Origin: Candidatus Omnitrophota bacterium
GTDB taxonomy: Bacteria > Omnitrophota > Gorgyraeia > Zapsychrales > Zapsychraceae
Assembly (NCBI GenBank): GCA_015233115.1
Contig: JADFYJ010000005.1
Coordinates: 22,359-86,358 of the forward strand
Length of the DNA stretch: 64,000 bases
Reading direction: 5' to 3'
The notes below the pieces were generated by a model. That model saw nothing but the letters and a program-made list of their open reading frames with translations. It made no database searches and was not told where the DNA came from. Made by a program: the position numbers and the translations under genes. Positions 59,840 through 64,000 of this stretch are shown here, piece after piece; within the stretch, counting starts at the first letter, position 1; every line of letters begins with the position of its first letter.

Positions 59840-59987
59840 AGTATGTAGTATGTGGTATGTCGTATGTAGTAAAAGCGAATGATAAAAGTAAAAATGCCAG
59901 TTAATAAAAACTCAAAAAATTATAAAACAAATATATATAACCCATCGCTTCTCAGAAAAAATTTTTACTCCCACCTACTACATACTA
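59840..59987. repeat. STR-armed element E13 (GTATGTN)
   Basis: 4 units at 59841-59870 followed by AAAAGCGAATG; CCATCGCTTCT at 59942; short inverted arm at 59971-59987 overlapping the upstream TAG. Confidence 0.85.
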
Positions 59988-60973
59988 AATTTAACTTCTC
60001 TTCCTTTAATCTCAAATGACTTAATCACTTCAGCCAAGTGCAAATTTTTCATGCAACCGTGTTCAATTTTATTATTTTTTTTCTGGCAGGCCAGGCACAC
60101 AGCTTTTGACTTTAAAAACAATCCATTGGCTCCCCAGGGACCATATAAAGATGGATCAGTCGGGCCAAATAACGCCAGAACCGGAACATCAAAATAGCTG
60201 GCAATATGTAAAGGGCCGGTATCATTGCCAATGACCATGACCGCCTGTTTTATAACATAAGCCAGTTGCAGCAAGGTCAGTTGACCGCACAAATTAATGG
60301 CTGAATATTTCATGTCATGAATAATTTGTTCCGTCAAATCCATATCAGAGACCCCTCCGGCAAATATAATTTTGACACGATACTTCTCTGCCAAATGATC
60401 AGCTAATCGAGTATAATCATCCGCACTCCAGCGTTTACGATGGTCAGCTGCTCCGGAAACAATGACCACATAACGGTCTGCGCCTCCTCGCGCCCTAAAC
60501 AAATTCTGAACATAAGCAACATCTTTTTCGCCAATATCTAAACCTTTTTTTTCCCGGGGAAACTCTTCAAATTCATAAGCTGTGCAAAGCTGGTTTAGAT
60601 GCTTATCCTTCATGTGCAGATTTTTCTGGACATTTGAAAGATTGATACTCGTTGGAGAAGCAATCAAAAATGGGATAATAGTATGCCGCAAATCAATAAC
60701 CAAATCAAATTTGGCTTTTCGTAATTTTCCAATTAATTTTAATTTTCTAAAGACTGGCGCGTGTTTGTCGTAAACATATAGCTTGGACACTGAGCGGTTT
60801 TCACTAAACAACTCTTTCGCGCGGGGGCCAACTAAAATCGATATATCAGCGTCAGGAAAATCCGCAGACAAGACATCAAATACCGGCAAAGTCAAAATGA
60901 CATCACCAATATTTGACAACGTGATCAATAGAATATTATGAATTTTGGATCTGTCTAACGGCACAACACACAT
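59978..60973 (-). CDS. GT9 LPS heptosyltransferase-family protein
   Basis: LSNIGDVILTLP, GNDTGPLHIA, LFGPT. Confidence 0.9.
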   Translation of the reverse strand: MCVVPLDRSKIHNILLITLSNIGDVILTLPVFDVLSADFPDADISILVGPRAKELFSENRSVSKLYVYDKHAPVFRKLKLIGKLRKAKFDLVIDLRHTIIPFLIASPTSINLSNVQKNLHMKDKHLNQLCTAYEFEEFPREKKGLDIGEKDVAYVQNLFRARGGADRYVVIVSGAADHRKRWSADDYTRLADHLAEKYRVKIIFAGGVSDMDLTEQIIHDMKYSAINLCGQLTLLQLAYVIKQAVMVIGNDTGPLHIASYFDVPVLALFGPTDPSLYGPWGANGLFLKSKAVCLACQKKNNKIEHGCMKNLHLAEVIKSFEIKGREVKFSM

Positions 60974-61973
60974 CCTCTACGCTAAGCGCTTTAACACACA
61001 CATTATCCGGACAATCTAAATAATAACATGGTTCACGGTTGCACCCAACGTCCTTTTGCAAAATGACCGCCTGCCCTGTTCCTCTGGGACCAGTGATTTC
61101 CGGGCGGGTTGGACCAAATATACCGACAACTTTGGTTCCCACGCTATTGGCCACATGCAAAGGCCCTGAATCAGATGATATGACAATTTGCGCCATGGAC
61201 AAAAGGTGGATTAATTGCTGAAGATCTGTTTGCCCTGCCAGGATGGCAGGTTTTATTTCCAAAGACGCGACAATACGATTGATGCGCGGCAAATCATTTT
61301 TTCCGCCAGGAATGACCACCTGCATCTTAAAATCATTCATCAACCGTCGAATCAAAAGAGTAAAATTTTGTTCACTCCATACTTTCAAATCCCAATTCCC
61401 ACAAACATGCAAAACAATAAAAGATTTATGTTCATCGACACCAGAGTCATTCAACAAGAGGCAAACACGTTCCCGGCCCTGCTCCGGAACTGTTAAAATA
61501 TTACGGTCATTTTTAACTTCAACTCCAAAAGAACGTATAACCTCCATATAAAAATCAGACCGGTGGATCTTTCCCGACTGGGATTTGATGGGATGTGTCA
61601 AAAATTTTCCGCGACCTTTGCGCTCATACCCAACCCGTACTGGTATGCCTGCCCACTTCATCAAAAAAGCGCGGGTCTTGGATCCATGCAGGAGAAACAC
61701 CGCGTCAAATTTGTAAGAAGATATTTTATGGCTGAAAAAAATCCACTGCCATGGCCGCCACTTCATAGCGTCTTCATCAAGTGGTATAACCTCATCGACA
61801 AATGGCACAAATTTCAATACTTCACAAACCCGCGGCACAGCCATACACGCGATTCTCACCTCAGGATATTTTTCTTTCAACGCCCGAAACACCGGCGTCG
61901 AAAAAATCACATCCCCCAGCCAATTCACATTAACGACTAAAATATTTTTAAAAGTCATTTTATTTTTTACCAA
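60936..61973 (-). CDS. GT9 heptosyltransferase II-like (WaaF)
   Basis: VNWLGDVIFSTP, SSDSGPLHVA, FGPT, C..PC...C...C. Confidence 0.88.
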   Translation of the reverse strand: MVKNKMTFKNILVVNVNWLGDVIFSTPVFRALKEKYPEVRIACMAVPRVCEVLKFVPFVDEVIPLDEDAMKWRPWQWIFFSHKISSYKFDAVFLLHGSKTRAFLMKWAGIPVRVGYERKGRGKFLTHPIKSQSGKIHRSDFYMEVIRSFGVEVKNDRNILTVPEQGRERVCLLLNDSGVDEHKSFIVLHVCGNWDLKVWSEQNFTLLIRRLMNDFKMQVVIPGGKNDLPRINRIVASLEIKPAILAGQTDLQQLIHLLSMAQIVISSDSGPLHVANSVGTKVVGIFGPTRPEITGPRGTGQAVILQKDVGCNREPCYYLDCPDNVCVKALSVEDVCCAVRQIQNS

Positions 61974-63060
61974 TTACTTCGTAATATACCCGTTCTGTTT
62001 CCTCAATCATTTTCTCCAGAAACTTTGCTTTTATGACAAAATCACGCCCGGATAAACCAACGGATTTTCCCCGGTCTTCTCGGCTGATCACATTGATCAA
62101 AACCTTGGCCAAGTCCCGGCTGTTTCCCGGTTCAGCTAAAAATCCAGTTTTTTGATCTTCAATAAGACTAACAATCCCGCCTACCCGTGACGCCACGACT
62201 GGCACGGCAGCAGCCTGTGCCTCTAAAATAGAAAGTCCCAGACCTTCCATCCTTGACGGAACAACTAAAATATCAAGCGCGGCCAATAAATCGAGCGTGC
62301 GGCTAGCTACGGAATAAAAACTGATATGATCGTCCAATTGATATTGCTTAACCATAGCTCTTAATTTTGGCTCCATTTTTCCTTCTCCGGCGATCAGGAG
62401 ATGAACTTTGGGTCCCGGAACGACAACTTCCCGCATGGCCTCAATTAAAATGTCTTGGCCTTTGACATCTGAGAGCCGCGCGATCATTCCTAAAACAACA
62501 ACATCCTCAGGCACATTTAATTGTTTGCGTTGAAATACGCGATCCTGATCATTGATTACGATAAATTCACTCAGATCTATTCCGCTTGGAACTAATGCGA
62601 TATTGGTTTGCGATACTGAAAAATCACGCCGTAAATGATCATAAACAGCAGGACTGATCGCAATAACTTTTTGTCCCCAGCATGGAAATAACCTACGGAA
62701 AAAACGCGGCTTAAAAAAACCATGACAAGTTGTCACTAAAGGCAATTCAGGAGACGATAACATTTGCCCTACAAATTGTGTGACCCGGGTATGCGCGTGA
62801 ATAACTTGAATATGATATTTCAGTATAATTTTTTTTAATTTAGGTAATAAAAAATATAATTTGGGATTTAATACAGATTTAGTCTTAAGGTCGACCTTCA
62901 CTAACTTTATTCCAGCCTCAGAAAATATTTTCTCCATATTCCCTCCGCTGGAACAAACGTAAACAGTATGCCCTCGACTCACCAAACCCTTACCCAATGT
63001 TAACAGATAACTAGTAATACCGCCGGTATTTAAATGTGTTGTTAAAAAAAGAATGTTCAA
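61960..63060 (-). CDS. GT4 glycosyltransferase
   Basis: GGITSY, HAHTR, ARL..KG, EGLGLSILEA; start revised to TTG (LNILFL). Confidence 0.88.
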   Translation of the reverse strand: MNILFLTTHLNTGGITSYLLTLGKGLVSRGHTVYVCSSGGNMEKIFSEAGIKLVKVDLKTKSVLNPKLYFLLPKLKKIILKYHIQVIHAHTRVTQFVGQMLSSPELPLVTTCHGFFKPRFFRRLFPCWGQKVIAISPAVYDHLRRDFSVSQTNIALVPSGIDLSEFIVINDQDRVFQRKQLNVPEDVVVLGMIARLSDVKGQDILIEAMREVVVPGPKVHLLIAGEGKMEPKLRAMVKQYQLDDHISFYSVASRTLDLLAALDILVVPSRMEGLGLSILEAQAAAVPVVASRVGGIVSLIEDQKTGFLAEPGNSRDLAKVLINVISREDRGKSVGLSGRDFVIKAKFLEKMIEETERVYYEVIGKK

Positions 63061-63062
63061 AG

Positions 63063-64000
63063 TTAAACTCCCTCTACCAATGAAAATATGACCTGCGCCA
63101 TTTCTTCCGGTAAAATTTTTTCCAAACAATCATGTGTCTTAATTAAACATGCTGAGCTGTAGCAGGGGGAACACTTAACGTGTTTATTCAATACCACTAA
63201 TTTACGGCATGGCGGTAAATGCCGCTTGTCATCCGTTGGCCCAAAATACGTCACGACTGGTATATTCATTGCTGCCGCCACATGAAGCGGCGCGGAATCC
63301 GGAGTGACATAAACCTTGCATCGGCTGATGAGCGCTGCCAATTGCATCATATCCGTTTTTCCGGAAAAATTCGCAGGTTTAGCTAAAGAAAGCCGCCCTA
63401 CTTCCCGTCCTAATTCAATGTCTTTATCCATCCCGGTTAAAACAACCCTAATTCCTTTTGCGGATAACAAATCGCAGAGCACAGCCATATACTTAACTGG
63501 CCAATTTTTTGTTTTCCACTTTTCCGAAGCAGAAAGATTAATTCCCACAATCGTTTTGCAATTGCCTAGCCATTCCGCTTCCAGCAATTCCTGGACATAT
63601 TCGAAATTATATTTAGACGGCCACAACTCAAGATATAAATCATCCTGATAGGGGATATCCAGCATTTTTAAAATCTGGAACTGATGTTCAACCGGAGGAA
63701 TATCATCCCGGTATGCTTTTAACCCATGCGTCAATAATTTACCGTTTTTTTGATTCAAAAAGCCGTAGCTTTCTTTGGGATCAGCTAAATACGCCAGCCA
63801 ATGACTGCGGTGATTATTTTGAAAATCTAAAACAATATCAAGCCGCATTTTTCGCAAACGCCGGGCAAATTGCGCGAAAGCCCACCATTTTTTATGTTTA
63901 AGCCGTTTATCATACACAATAATGTCATCAATATACGGACAAGATTGCAAAACTTCCAAACAGTCTTTTTCGACCACACATTTAATTTTAGCTTTTGGAA
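63063..64000 (-). CDS. GT9 glycosyltransferase, partial (5' end outside window)
   Basis: Frame stays open to the window end (PKAKIKCVVE...); DSAPLHVAAA, FGPT, C.PCY...C. Confidence 0.88.
   Translation of the reverse strand, partial: PKAKIKCVVEKDCLEVLQSCPYIDDIIVYDKRLKHKKWWAFAQFARRLRKMRLDIVLDFQNNHRSHWLAYLADPKESYGFLNQKNGKLLTHGLKAYRDDIPPVEHQFQILKMLDIPYQDDLYLELWPSKYNFEYVQELLEAEWLGNCKTIVGINLSASEKWKTKNWPVKYMAVLCDLLSAKGIRVVLTGMDKDIELGREVGRLSLAKPANFSGKTDMMQLAALISRCKVYVTPDSAPLHVAAAMNIPVVTYFGPTDDKRHLPPCRKLVVLNKHVKCSPCYSSACLIKTHDCLEKILPEEMAQVIFSLVEGV

Overview
A ~40% GC chromosomal segment from a diderm, LPS-producing bacterium. Gene content, orphan CpaF/TadA, short trigger factor and gene order suggest a PVC-superphylum organism, most likely Candidatus Omnitrophota (inference). 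Almost all genes are on the - strand. 1-13 kb is an accessory region with partial trmD, three TA modules (HigBA, YefM-YoeB, AbiE), an SLT/DUF3142-like/large helical secreted-protein unit, tgt/queA and a Fic-HTH gene. 13-51 kb is a long housekeeping run (ruvB, scpA, trpS, infB, nusA, rimP, proS, rseP, dxr, cdsA, uppS, purA, serA, clpP, tig, lptB/lptC-A, kdsCDAB, hldE-kinase). 51-58 kb holds three tandem + strand secreted FG-GAP/Ig-like paralogs, and 58-64 kb holds arfB, ppnP and LPS glycosyltransferases. The most notable signal is non-coding. (1) About 13 intergenic elements made of 7-, 8- or 9-nt tandem-repeat arms, usually inverted, around an A-rich/T-rich spacer. Most share a CAATCGCTTTT motif, and several overlap stop codons or extend proteins. 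(2) Three copies of a 125-129 bp nested-hairpin element with clear covariation. (3) Twin 27-nt bulged hairpins in the serA leader. (4) GTAG-type REP palindromes. No CRISPR array, rRNA, tRNA, integrase or transposase was seen.
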